From Actinomycetes bacterium (GTDB lineage Bacteria; Actinomycetota; Actinomycetes; Propionibacteriales; Propionibacteriaceae), in the NCBI GenBank assembly GCA_023425145.1, contig JAFADF010000065.1, positions 11,528 through 75,527 on the forward strand: a stretch of 64,000 nucleotides of DNA, in the 5' to 3' direction. Positions 1 to 9,431 of the stretch are shown here, piece by piece (the first letter of the stretch is position 1; every line of letters starts with the position of its first letter). The notes below the pieces were generated by a model. The model did no database searches, was not told where the DNA came from, and saw only the letters and a program-made list of their open reading frames with translations. The translations under genes were made by a program, and so were the position numbers.

Positions 1-820
1 GAGCGAGCAGCTGGTTCAGGCCGTCTAGAGCCACTTCGCCGAAGGGGGCGCCCACGCCGAGTTCGTCGGCCAGAGCGACTGCGTAGGCGGTGTCCTTGTG
101 CCGCAGCCATCCGGAGAAGGCGAGGTTCGTGTCGTGATCGTCGGCCACCATCCGCTGGCTGTTGCGGACGACCTGAGGGCTGGCCGCCTGCCCCAACGCC
201 AGCGCGGTGGCCACCTGCGCCGGGTCGAGGCCGGCCCGCTCGGCCATCGCCAGCCCCTCGGCCACCCCGGCGATCTGGACCGCACCGATCAGATTCACGA
301 TCAGCTTGTACGCGGTGCCGGTACCGACCGGCCCGAAGTGGAACAGGTCGCTGGCCAGCGGCTCCAGCAGACCGCGAGCGGCCTCGAGGTCGGCTTCGTC
401 GGCACCGACCAGCAGGGTCAGCGCACCGGCCGCGGCCGCGTCCGGCAGCCCGGTGACCGGGCAGTCCAGGTAGCGCATTTCGTGCGCGGCAGTGGCCGCA
501 GCGAGCTCCCGCACCCGTGCCGCGGACAGTGTGGAGTGCTCGATCGCGAAGGTGCCCGGCTCCGGACCTCCGGCCAGCACTCCGTCCGGGCCGTCCCAGA
601 CGGCGCGGGACGCCTCGTCGTCGCTGAGCATCGTGAACACCGCCTGGGCATCGGCGACGGCAGCCGCGGGAGTGGGCGCCCACTCGGCCCCTTTGTCCAG
701 CAGTGGACGGGCCCGCTCCGGCGTCCGATTGGTCACCACGACCTCATGTCCGGCTGCCAGCAGCCGTCCGGCCATACCTGAGCCCATCCGGCCCAGTCCG
801 ATGAATGCGATCCGGCTCAT
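1..820 (-). CDS. NAD(P)-dependent oxidoreductase, 3-hydroxyisobutyrate dehydrogenase/6PGD-like family (3' end runs off the window)
   Basis: Manual translation from ATG at 820: MSRIAFIGLGRMGSGMAGRLLAAGHEVVVTNRT (Rossmann GxGxMG); later ...WLRHKDTAYAVALADELGV; frame open to the window edge; not in the ORF track. Confidence 0.85.
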   Translation of the reverse strand, partial: MSRIAFIGLGRMGSGMAGRLLAAGHEVVVTNRTPERARPLLDKGAEWAPTPAAAVADAQAVFTMLSDDEASRAVWDGPDGVLAGGPEPGTFAIEHSTLSAARVRELAAATAAHEMRYLDCPVTGLPDAAAAGALTLLVGADEADLEAARGLLEPLASDLFHFGPVGTGTAYKLIVNLIGAVQIAGVAEGLAMAERAGLDPAQVATALALGQAASPQVVRNSQRMVADDHDTNLAFSGWLRHKDTAYAVALADELGVGAPFGEVALDGLNQLLA

Positions 821-846
821 GCCGGGCAGCCTAACTCCCGCGCATG

Positions 847-879
847 CAAAAGGACCCGCCCCCGAAGGGACGGGTCCTT
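847..879 (-). terminator. Rho-independent terminator of the transcarboxylase operon
   Basis: Minus strand aaggacccgtccc-ttcg-ggggcgggtcctt followed by TT, 15 bp after the 1.3S stop. Confidence 0.8.
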
Positions 880-893
880 CACATGAGTCAGAC

Positions 894-1259
894 TCAGTCG
901 AGCTCGACCAGGCCTTCGCCGGCCTGCACGGCCGTGCCCTTGTCGACCAGGATCCGGGCCACCTTGCCGTCACGCGGCGCGGTGATCTCGGTCTCCATCT
1001 TCATGGCCTCCAGGACCAGCAGCACCGTTCCGGCGGTGATCTCCTGGCCTTCCTCGACGAGCACCCGAGCCACCGAGCCGGCCAGCGGCGCGGTCACGGC
1101 GTTCGCCGAAGCGCCACTCACCGAAGCAGTGGTCGGAACGACGATCGAGCTGGCACCCGAGCCTCCGATGATGATCGGGCCGAGCGCCGGAGCCTCCGGC
1201 TCCTCGACCTCGACATCGATGCCGTAGGCGATTCCGTTGACAGTTACCTTCAGTTTCAT
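894..1259 (-). CDS. Methylmalonyl-CoA carboxytransferase 1.3S subunit (biotin carboxyl carrier)
   Basis: MKLKVTVNG start, EAMKM biotinylation motif, RBS GGAAGGA upstream, operon context. Confidence 0.93.
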   Translation of the reverse strand: MKLKVTVNGIAYGIDVEVEEPEAPALGPIIIGGSGASSIVVPTTASVSGASANAVTAPLAGSVARVLVEEGQEITAGTVLLVLEAMKMETEITAPRDGKVARILVDKGTAVQAGEGLVELD

Positions 1260-1278
1260 CTGTGATCCTTCCGCGCCG

Positions 1279-1536
1279 TCACCGGGTGTACAGCGGGTGA
1301 TGGGAAAGCTGGGAACGCCTGGTGCTCGCCTGCCAGCCGGGTGCCGTGGTGAAGTGCGGCTGGTGCCGCTTGGCGCGATGACCCAGGTAGGCGGCCACGG
1401 CGGCGGCGATGGCCACCATGGTCTCCTCCGGGACATCCTGGGCGTGGACTTCGAGGCTCTTGATCTTGACCTCGAGGCCCTCGATCCGCTCGGTCAGCGT
1501 CTTGACCAGATCGAGCAGTTCCTCGTTGGTGGACAT
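1279..1536 (-). CDS. Small transcarboxylase-associated protein (OadG/AccE-like)
   Basis: N-terminal coiled coil followed by [17 protein letters not shown]; lies between 12S and 1.3S; start could be 1545. Confidence 0.75.
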   Translation of the reverse strand: MSTNEELLDLVKTLTERIEGLEVKIKSLEVHAQDVPEETMVAIAAAVAAYLGHRAKRHQPHFTTAPGWQASTRRSQLSHHPLYTR

Positions 1537-1541
1537 GTCGA

Positions 1542-3101
1542 TCACACCGGTCCCAGGCCGTGCTTCTTGGCCGGACGAAGGACCCGCTTGTTCGCCAGGT
1601 TCTCCAGCGCCATGGCCAGCGCCTTGCGGGTGTCGCCGGGATCGATGATCTCGTCGACCAGGCCGCGGGAGGCTGCCATGAACGGAGTGGCGAAGGTGTT
1701 GCGGTACTCCTCGACCAGTTCGGCGCGCTTGGCCTCGGGATCATCGGCGGCCGCGATCTCCTTGCGGAAGACCACAGCAGCCGCACCCTCGGCACCCATC
1801 ACGGCGATCTCGGCGGTCGGCCAGGCGAACACCCGGTCAGCGCCCAGATCCTTGGCCGACATGGCCAGGTAGGAGCCGCCGTAAGCCTTGCGCAGCACCA
1901 CGGTCAGTTTCGGAACCGTGGCTGCCGAGTAGGCGTACAGCATCTTGGCGCCGTGGCGGATGATGCCGCCGTACTCCTGGGCGACACCGGGCAGGTAGCC
2001 GGGGACGTCGACCAGGGTCACGATCGGGATGTTGAATGCGTTCAGGAAGCGGATGAACTTGCTGCCCTTGTCGGAGGCGTTGATGTCGAGGACACCGGCC
2101 AGCGAGTTCGGCTGGTTCGCGACGATGCCGACGCTGCGTCCGTTGATCCGGGCGAAGCCCACCACGATGTTGGTGGCGTAGCCGGCCTGGACCTCGAGGA
2201 AGTCGGCGTTGTCGACGATCCGTCCGATGATGTCGCGGACGTCATAGCCGGCCTTGCCGTCCACAGGGACGATGTCGCCGAGCTTGTCGTCGTACTCCAG
2301 GTTGTACTCACCGGGGACGATCGGAGCGTCCTCAGCGTTGTTCTGGGGCAGGAAGCTGAGCAGCTTCTTGGCGATCAGGATGGCCTGCTCATCGTCGTCG
2401 GCCACGAAGCTGTTCACGCCGGAGACCGACATGTGCGTGTCGGCGCCGCCGAGCTGATCCTGGGTGACGTCCTCACCGGTGACCTGCTTGATGACGTTCG
2501 GCCCGGTGATGAACATGTGGGCCTTGCGGGTCTGGATGATGAAGTCGGTCAGGGCCGGGGAGTAGACCGCGCCACCGGCGCAGGGGCCGGCGATGATCGA
2601 GATCTGCGGCACCACACCGGACAGCAGGACGTTGGCGTAGAACACCTGGCCGTAGCCGGACAGCGAGTCGATGCCCTCCTGGACCCGGGCGCCGCCCGAA
2701 TCGTTGAAGAACATGAACGGCGTGCCGTTCTCCAGCGCGGACTGCATCATCGCCACAACCTTCTTGTTGTGGGTCTCGCCGGCCGAACCGCCGGCGACGG
2801 TGAAGTCCTGGCTGGCCACCCGCACCGGGCGGCCGAGCACGGTGCCACAGCCGGTGATCACACCGTCGGCGGGCATGTCGGCGGTGTCCATGCCGAAGGT
2901 GGTGGTCCGGTTCCGACGGAACAGGCCGACCTCTTCGAAGCTGTTCGGATCCAGCAGGGCGTCCAACCGCTCGCGGGCCGACATCTTGCCCTGCTCGTGC
3001 TGCTTGGCCAGGCGCGCCTCGCCGCCGCCGAGCCGGGCCTTGGCCTCAGCTTCGTGCAGCGCTTCGACGCGCTTGCTCATGGTTTCTGGCTTCTTGCTCA
3101 T
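1542..3101 (-). CDS. Methylmalonyl-CoA carboxytransferase 12S subunit (carboxyltransferase)
   Basis: DSGGARVQEG, GPCAGGAVYSPALTD, DVPGYLPG and RKAYGG carboxyltransferase motifs. Confidence 0.95.
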   Translation of the reverse strand: MSKKPETMSKRVEALHEAEAKARLGGGEARLAKQHEQGKMSARERLDALLDPNSFEEVGLFRRNRTTTFGMDTADMPADGVITGCGTVLGRPVRVASQDFTVAGGSAGETHNKKVVAMMQSALENGTPFMFFNDSGGARVQEGIDSLSGYGQVFYANVLLSGVVPQISIIAGPCAGGAVYSPALTDFIIQTRKAHMFITGPNVIKQVTGEDVTQDQLGGADTHMSVSGVNSFVADDDEQAILIAKKLLSFLPQNNAEDAPIVPGEYNLEYDDKLGDIVPVDGKAGYDVRDIIGRIVDNADFLEVQAGYATNIVVGFARINGRSVGIVANQPNSLAGVLDINASDKGSKFIRFLNAFNIPIVTLVDVPGYLPGVAQEYGGIIRHGAKMLYAYSAATVPKLTVVLRKAYGGSYLAMSAKDLGADRVFAWPTAEIAVMGAEGAAAVVFRKEIAAADDPEAKRAELVEEYRNTFATPFMAASRGLVDEIIDPGDTRKALAMALENLANKRVLRPAKKHGLGPV

Positions 3102-3111
3102 CTGCTTCCCC

Positions 3112-4608
3112 TCACGCCATCTCTACGGTGACGCTGTGGTCGCGTCCGCCGAGGGAGACCTTGTACTTGATCGGGCCGCGGACTGCATTGGCGGCGCCAC
3201 TGGCCGCATCGGCCTCTGCCTTGAGCTGCTCGGCGGTCTTGCCGACGTTCTTCGGGCCCTCGTCACGAGTGCTGAAGAAGCCGGGGGCGACACCGGGGAA
3301 CATCGCGTAGGTGAGGACGTCCTCGTCGGTGCCGTCGAAGCCTTCGAGCTTGGCGGCGTCGGCGGAGAGCTTGTCCCACTCCGGCTCGAGCAGATCGGCC
3401 GGACGGACCGTGATCGGCTCCTTCTTGGCCTGAGCCTGCGCGATCGCGACCACCTCGGGGTTGCGCTCGCCCATGCACTCGCCGTAGTAGCCGAGCATCA
3501 GGTCGGCGAACTCGCCGGTCATCACCTTGTACTTGCCCATCAGGACGTTGAACACCGCCTGGGTGCCGACGATCTGCGAGGACGGGGTGACCAGCGGCGG
3601 GTGTCCGGCGTCGGCCTTGACCAGCGGGACCTCCTCCATGACTTCCTTGATCCGGTCGCCGGCGCCCTGCGCCTTCAGCTGGGACTCCATGTTGGAGAGC
3701 ATGCCGCCGGGGATCTGGCTGGAGAAGATGTCGGTGTCGACCAGGGTGGCCGACTCGAACGCCTTGTACTTCGGACGAATCTTCGAGAAGTGATCGCGGA
3801 TCTTGATCAGCCGGTCACCGTCGAGGTTCGTGGTGTATTCGGTGCCCTCGAGCATCGCCACCAGGGACTCGGTCGGGTTGTGGCCCGGGCCGAGCGACAT
3901 CGAGCTGATCGCGGTGTCGACGACGTCCGCGCCGGCCTCGATCGCCTTCATCAGGGTCACCAGGGTGACGCCGGTGGTGGAGTGGCAGTGGACGTTGATC
4001 TGGACGTCCTCGCCGTAGGTCTCCTTGATGCCGCGGATGATGTCGTAGGCCGGCTGCGGCTGCAGCAGCGCAGCCATGTCCTTCAGGGCCAGCGACTCGG
4101 CACCCATGTCGAGCAGCTGACCGGCCAGCTTCACGTAGCCCTCGACGGTGTGCAGCGGGGAGATCGTGTAGCAGATGGTGCCCTGGGCGTGCTTGCCGGT
4201 CTTCTTGACCGCAGCCATCGCACGGGCCATGTTGCGCGGGTCGTTGAGGGCATCGAAGACGCGGAACACGTCCATGCCGTTTTCGGCCGACTTCTCCACG
4301 AAGCGATCGACGACGCCGTCCTCGTAGTGGCGGTAGCCAAGCAGGTTCTGACCGCGCAGCAGCATCTGCAGGCGGGAGTTGGGCATCAGTTCCCGGAACG
4401 TCCGCAGACGCACCCAGGGATCCTCATTGAGGAATCGGATGCAGGAATCGTAGGTAGCGCCACCCCAACATTCCACGCTCCAGTAGCCGGCTGCGTCGAT
4501 GTCGGCACAGGCATCGACCATGTCCTCCATGGCCATTCGGGTGGCCATCAGGCTCTGGTGGGCGTCGCGGAGGGCTACCTCGGTAACACCAATGGTTCGC
4601 TGACTCAT
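3112..4608 (-). CDS. Methylmalonyl-CoA carboxytransferase 5S subunit
   Basis: LRDAHQSLMATRM, ECWGGATYD, LKDMA, HCH, PPLVTPSSQIVG (pyruvate carboxyltransferase fold). Confidence 0.95.
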   Translation of the reverse strand: MSQRTIGVTEVALRDAHQSLMATRMAMEDMVDACADIDAAGYWSVECWGGATYDSCIRFLNEDPWVRLRTFRELMPNSRLQMLLRGQNLLGYRHYEDGVVDRFVEKSAENGMDVFRVFDALNDPRNMARAMAAVKKTGKHAQGTICYTISPLHTVEGYVKLAGQLLDMGAESLALKDMAALLQPQPAYDIIRGIKETYGEDVQINVHCHSTTGVTLVTLMKAIEAGADVVDTAISSMSLGPGHNPTESLVAMLEGTEYTTNLDGDRLIKIRDHFSKIRPKYKAFESATLVDTDIFSSQIPGGMLSNMESQLKAQGAGDRIKEVMEEVPLVKADAGHPPLVTPSSQIVGTQAVFNVLMGKYKVMTGEFADLMLGYYGECMGERNPEVVAIAQAQAKKEPITVRPADLLEPEWDKLSADAAKLEGFDGTDEDVLTYAMFPGVAPGFFSTRDEGPKNVGKTAEQLKAEADAASGAANAVRGPIKYKVSLGGRDHSVTVEMA

Positions 4609-4787
4609 GGGTCCATCCTCCCATCCCCACTACTACAGCTTGTCGTCGACGTCCGATTGCGGACAGGCGTGAGACGAATGGTCTGACCTGTGAGAAAAGG
4701 GGCACGAATGCGCTGCGCAGTTGTCAGTTCGTGGACGAAGCCAGCGCCCGCTCGCTGCGGCCACAGGCTCGTCCCTAGGCTTTCGCT

Positions 4788-6647
4788 GTGACCCGCCCCC
4801 GCAGCCTGACGCTGCTGACTCGAATCCTCGCCGTGACCTCATTGAGCCTTGCTCTGGCCATTGGCGGGGTGGGCCCGGCCCATGCGTCCGACCTTGTGGA
4901 CGTCCCGGACGCGAAGCTCGCCGCTTGCCTCGCCGCCGAGCTCAAATCCGAGGGGATCGAGACCGAACTAACTGCCACCAACCTGGCGAGGCTGGACTCG
5001 CTGAGCTGTGCGCAGGTCAGTGATCTCACCGGCATCGGCGAACTCACCGCACTCACCAGGCTCGCGTTGCCATCAGCCGAGGTCGCCGACCTCGCTCCGC
5101 TGGCGGGAGCATCGCGGCTGCGCAGCCTGTGGGTGACCGGGAGCAGCCAACTAACCAGTCTCGACTCACTACCACCGCTTCCCGCGCTGGCCGAACTGGA
5201 TCTGTCGAATAACAGGATCGCCGATCTCGCCGGTCTAGCCGGACGAACCGGCCTCACCAAGCTCGTCCTGAGTTCAAATCGAATCACATCGATTGCACCA
5301 TTGGCAGGTCTGACCGGCCTGGAGTACTTGGTCCTCTCACTCAACTCGATCCCGGACCTTGGCCCCTTGTCGAGCCTGGATCGACTTTCGACACTCAGGG
5401 TCGAAAAGGCCGATGTCCGAGACCTTGGCCCCCTGTCCGGGCTCAGCGCACTGAAGTACTTGTACGTCGGCTTCAACCATGTCTCCGACCTCTCTGCACT
5501 CGGCGGGCTGACCTCGCTGGTCACTCTGGGCGTGAGCAACAACGCGATTCGCGATCTGTCGCCGGTCTTCGGGCTGCGTGAGTTGCGCATACTCGACGCC
5601 TCCGACAACGAGCTCACCACTCTCGGCCCCAGAGGCGCGCTCAGCCAGCTCACCAGCGTCACCCTCGACGGCGGCCAGCTCCAATCGGTAGAAGCCCTGG
5701 CTGGCGCCAAGCTGACCTTCGCCAGCATCAGCGACAACAAGCTCACGGACGTCGCCGACCTGAGCGAGGTTGCCGCCGACGCGACGGTGTACCTGAATGA
5801 GAACTCGATCCGCGACTTCAGTGCACTGCCAGACGGTGCCGCAATCTGGGCCCACAACCAACGCCTGGGCGAACTGCCGTCCGTCGACATCAACACTCCG
5901 ACCGACCTCGGCATCAGGTGGATAGATGATTCGCCCATCTGCCCAGAGATTGACTCGACAGCGGCCACCTGCAGTGCGGGCAGGGTTACCTACGCCAGTC
6001 CCGGCCTCCACCACGGTTCCGTTCATCTGTCCACCAACGACCAGGGGGGCGGACTGTCCCTCTTCTTCACACAGCACGCCGGGCCCGACCTCACCTTCAC
6101 GAAGGTCGCCAAGGTCGCGAAGCTGAGCGATCGGAACACCGCGGTGGGGCTGTCGCTGCGCGCCGATATCAGCGGGACCTGGTCGCCCACGCCGACCTCG
6201 ATCGAGTATCAGTGGTACGTCAACGGGGTGCCCGGATCGGGCCCTGACTTCGAAGGCTTCTACTACAACATCACGCCGTCCGACCTCGGCAAGCGGGTGA
6301 AGGTGTGCGTCACAGCGCACCTCAACGGCTACACCGATGCCGAGGTGTGCTCGAGCCAGAGCAAGCCGGTGCGGCTCGGTGATCTGGAGGTGCGGACCGC
6401 ACCAAAGATCACCGGGACGGCGTCGGTCGGCAAGACCCTTACCCTCAAGCCTGGCACCTGGACGCCCGGAGCCACGCTCCGCTACCAGTGGCTGCGCAAC
6501 GGGCATGCGATTAAGGGAGCGACCGGGCTCACATACAGACTCCACGCCAAGGACGGGCGAGCCAAGATCCAGGTCAAGGTGACCGGGACTCATGTCGGCT
6601 ACCACTCGTACTTCGTCTACACCAAGGCGGTCCACCCCAAGCGCTGA
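4788..6647 (+). CDS. Secreted internalin-like leucine-rich-repeat protein with C-terminal Ig-like repeats
   Basis: Signal peptide ending AHA; about 11 22-aa LRRs (LxxLxLxxNxIxDLxxL); two PxIxG..VG..W.P..YQW..G repeats. Confidence 0.85.
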   Translation: MTRPRSLTLLTRILAVTSLSLALAIGGVGPAHASDLVDVPDAKLAACLAAELKSEGIETELTATNLARLDSLSCAQVSDLTGIGELTALTRLALPSAEVADLAPLAGASRLRSLWVTGSSQLTSLDSLPPLPALAELDLSNNRIADLAGLAGRTGLTKLVLSSNRITSIAPLAGLTGLEYLVLSLNSIPDLGPLSSLDRLSTLRVEKADVRDLGPLSGLSALKYLYVGFNHVSDLSALGGLTSLVTLGVSNNAIRDLSPVFGLRELRILDASDNELTTLGPRGALSQLTSVTLDGGQLQSVEALAGAKLTFASISDNKLTDVADLSEVAADATVYLNENSIRDFSALPDGAAIWAHNQRLGELPSVDINTPTDLGIRWIDDSPICPEIDSTAATCSAGRVTYASPGLHHGSVHLSTNDQGGGLSLFFTQHAGPDLTFTKVAKVAKLSDRNTAVGLSLRADISGTWSPTPTSIEYQWYVNGVPGSGPDFEGFYYNITPSDLGKRVKVCVTAHLNGYTDAEVCSSQSKPVRLGDLEVRTAPKITGTASVGKTLTLKPGTWTPGATLRYQWLRNGHAIKGATGLTYRLHAKDGRAKIQVKVTGTHVGYHSYFVYTKAVHPKR

Positions 6648-6653
6648 CCCGAC

Positions 6654-6705
6654 TCGCACGCTGTGAGTTATCCGTCGATGACGCCGGGAAACTCACAGCG
6701 TGCGA
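6654..6705. repeat. Perfect 16-bp inverted repeat (terminator or REP-like hairpin)
   Basis: tcgcacgctgtgagtt ... aactcacagcgtgcga, immediately after the LRR gene stop. Confidence 0.75.
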
Positions 6706-6728
6706 CCTGGATGCACTGAGCCTTCGAT

Positions 6729-6771
6729 TCGAACAGGTGTTCGTAAAAGTGTCGGTAGGGGGTGGTGGACT
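6729..6771 (+). promoter_or_regulatory. LexA SOS box plus RecA-NDp/PafBC-type promoter
   Basis: TCGAACaggtGTTCGt (6729-6744) matches actinobacterial TCGAAC-N4-GTTCGA; TGTCGG-N10-TGgacT (6750-6771) lies 6 nt before the ATG. Confidence 0.7.
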
Positions 6772-6777
6772 GTGTCT

Positions 6778-8151
6778 ATGACGACGAGCAGCAGTCTCCT
6801 TCCGGCCAGCCAGGTGCTGGCCGAGGTTGATGCGCTGCTGGATCGGGTCGGGCCTCGTGATTCGGGGATGGATGCTGGCGAGCGGCTGGTGTTGGTGCGG
6901 TTGGCTCGGCGGGTGCGAGGACGGGTGGACGCGCTGGCGGCCCTGGTGACCGCCGAAGCTGAACACGCGCACGCGGCAGAGAAGGCTGCGGGCGCCCCGA
7001 TGGCGTCGTGGCTGGGCACGGGCGAGACCTTGTCTCGGCGGGAAGCGGCCGGCGCGGTACGGCAGGCCCGCGCGTTGGGTTCACACCCCGCTGTTGGTGA
7101 GGCTGCGGTTGCCGGGAAGCTCGGCACGGGTCAGGTGCGGGCGATCACCGGCGTGCTGGACGGCATCGCGCCGCAGCTCAGTGGTGAGCAGGTCGCGCAG
7201 GCTGAGGAGCTGCTGGTCGGCTGGGCTCGTGAACTCGACGCTGATCAACTGACCCGTTCGGTGGGCAAAGTGCTGGCTGTGGTTGCTCCGGCGACGGCTG
7301 CCGAAACGATGGAGGCCCGGTTGCAGCGTGAAGCCGAGGCTGCGCATCGGCAGCGAGCGTTGCGGTTCTTCGTCGAGGGTGCCTCGGTCAGGTTCGATGG
7401 TTCGCTGCCCCGGCTGGCAGGTGAGGCCTGGATCGCGCAGCTGGATGGGATGGCCGAACAGACCCGCCGGACGCTACTGGAGCGCCGCGACCGTTTGGCT
7501 GAGATGCCCACCCCTGAGCAGCGGCGGGCGGACGCCCTGATCGCGCTCATCGAGGCCGGTGGCAAGGGCAAAGAGAGTTGGGGTGGCCGGGTGCTCGTCC
7601 AGCTCGACTACACCCAGCTGTTGGCTGGTGCGGCCGGGGCTGGGCTGGTTGGTGATGGATGTCAGTTGTCGGCTGGCGAGTTGCGCCGGATCTGTTGCGA
7701 CGCCGACCTCATCCCGGTCGTCCTCGGCACCCACTCCGAAGTGCTGGACATGGGACGCTCCGCACGCCTGGTCACGCCCGCGATCCGGACCGCGTTGGTG
7801 GTTCGTGATCAGGGCTGTGTGTTCCCCGGCTGCGACGCCCCCGCCTCGCGCTGCGAGGCCCACCACATCACCCCCTGGTGGGCCGGCGGCCGAACCGCTC
7901 TGTCGAACCTCGCCCTGTTGTGTCACAGCCATCACCCGCTGGTCGAACCCGCCCACGGACCCCTCCGCGACCAATGGCAACTCCGCATCGCCGCCGACGG
8001 CCTCCCCGAGTTCACCCCACCGATCCGAATCGACCCGGCACAGCGACCCGTCCGCCACGCCCGCCACAAGAGAAAGCCGGCGGAGTCTTCGCCGACCCCG
8101 GCCGCCGCCTCACCACCCCGACTCGACACCGGCCCACCCAAGGCCGCCTGA
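6778..8151 (+). CDS. DUF222 (13E12-repeat family) HNH endonuclease
   Basis: PEQRRADAL, RRICCDA, RDQGCVFPGC, CEAHHITPWWAGGRTALSNLALLCHSHH. Confidence 0.9.
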   Translation: MTTSSSLLPASQVLAEVDALLDRVGPRDSGMDAGERLVLVRLARRVRGRVDALAALVTAEAEHAHAAEKAAGAPMASWLGTGETLSRREAAGAVRQARALGSHPAVGEAAVAGKLGTGQVRAITGVLDGIAPQLSGEQVAQAEELLVGWARELDADQLTRSVGKVLAVVAPATAAETMEARLQREAEAAHRQRALRFFVEGASVRFDGSLPRLAGEAWIAQLDGMAEQTRRTLLERRDRLAEMPTPEQRRADALIALIEAGGKGKESWGGRVLVQLDYTQLLAGAAGAGLVGDGCQLSAGELRRICCDADLIPVVLGTHSEVLDMGRSARLVTPAIRTALVVRDQGCVFPGCDAPASRCEAHHITPWWAGGRTALSNLALLCHSHHPLVEPAHGPLRDQWQLRIAADGLPEFTPPIRIDPAQRPVRHARHKRKPAESSPTPAAASPPRLDTGPPKAA

Positions 8152-8285
8152 GTCGTGGGGCAGCGAACCGGACGAGTCCGGTAGCCAACGGTCGAACCGG
8201 GCAGCGGACCGGAGGCCGAGCGGCGTCCGACGGCCTGCGCGGCGTCGTCCATCTGTGCGGCGTCGTCGATCTCTGCGATGAAGCC

Positions 8286-9182
8286 TCAGTTCAGCAGGGC
8301 GACAACCTCGCTGCGGGCCGGCATCGATGAGGATGCACCGGCCCGAGTGACCCCGATGGCGGCTGCCGCACTGGCCCAACGCATGGCCTCGGGGAGCTCA
8401 GCTCCCTCGGCCAGCCGGGTGGCGAGCACACCGACAAAGGTGTCCCCGGCCGCCGTGGTGTCCACCGGCGACACTCGGCGGGATGGCTCGTGATGGACGA
8501 TCCGTCCGGCACGGGCCCACAGGGATCCGTCCGCCCCCAGCGTCACCACCACGTCCCCACATCGGCGGCTGAGCCAACAAGCGGCCTCCTCCGGCGACGC
8601 GGCACCGGCCAGCTGGGCGGCCTCGATCTCGTTGGGGACCAACAGATCGACCTGCGCAAGCACCTCCTCACTCAGAGCCGTCACCGGAGCCGGAGTGAGC
8701 ATCGATCGCACCCGGTGGCGCCGGCACCAGGCCAACGCGACCACCACCGTCGGCAGCGGAACCTCTAGCTGGGTCAGCAACCACCCGTCCAGCTCCGGGC
8801 GGAGCTGAGCCAGCGCGGCCGGGGTGAGCTCGGCGTTGGCCCCCGACACCACCACGATGCTGTTGCGGCCTCGTCCGTCCACTGTGATGTGTGCGGTCCC
8901 GGTGCTGAGCTCGGAGCGCAGCACCGCGGTGGTGTCGATCCCGGCCGTGCCCAACAACTCGATCAGCCGGTCGCCGTAGGAGTCACGGCCGACCGCACCG
9001 ACGAAGCTGACCCGCGCTCCCATTCGGGCGGCCGCGACCGCCTGGTTGAGGCCCTTGCCGCCAGGAACCGTGGTGAACGAGTTACCGAAGACCGTCTCGC
9101 CGGGCTCCGGATGACGAGCGACGTTCACCACCAGATCCATGTTGGCGCTGCCGAGCACCAGCAGCGATCTCTCTGCTGTCAT
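8286..9182 (-). CDS. rbsK: Ribokinase (PfkB family)
   Basis: GSANMDL, PGGKGLNQAVAAAR, PNEIEA, DTTAAGDTFVG; RBS GAGGTGGA before ATG 9182. Confidence 0.85.
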   Translation of the reverse strand: MTAERSLLVLGSANMDLVVNVARHPEPGETVFGNSFTTVPGGKGLNQAVAAARMGARVSFVGAVGRDSYGDRLIELLGTAGIDTTAVLRSELSTGTAHITVDGRGRNSIVVVSGANAELTPAALAQLRPELDGWLLTQLEVPLPTVVVALAWCRRHRVRSMLTPAPVTALSEEVLAQVDLLVPNEIEAAQLAGAASPEEAACWLSRRCGDVVVTLGADGSLWARAGRIVHHEPSRRVSPVDTTAAGDTFVGVLATRLAEGAELPEAMRWASAAAAIGVTRAGASSSMPARSEVVALLN

Positions 9183-9431
9183 GTCCACCTCGGGCGTGGT
9201 TGGCGTTCGTCGTCGAACTGATGACCAGCCCATTCACCCACACTCGGGTCGACCGACCGGCAATCCAGGCGACCGTGTCGCCGACATCCTCTGCCATCCG
9301 CGGGAGTTCCCGCTCAGCCTCGGGCGACACGACCGGACTGGTTCGGAGAATCTCGGTACCGGGCTCGTACCGCGGGCCATCTCTGGACGGCACCGGTGGC
9401 CGCATCCAGCGGCAGCCGACTCACCCGACAC

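Noticed and set aside
2671..4686. Long antisense ORFs (this one, and others such as 38507-40468 and 17890-19611)
   Set aside because: Shadow frames of high-GC genes on the opposite strand, with no motifs
9183..9431. Short ORFs or gene remnant between the transglycosylase and rbsK
   Set aside because: No recognisable motif or RBS; cannot be supported
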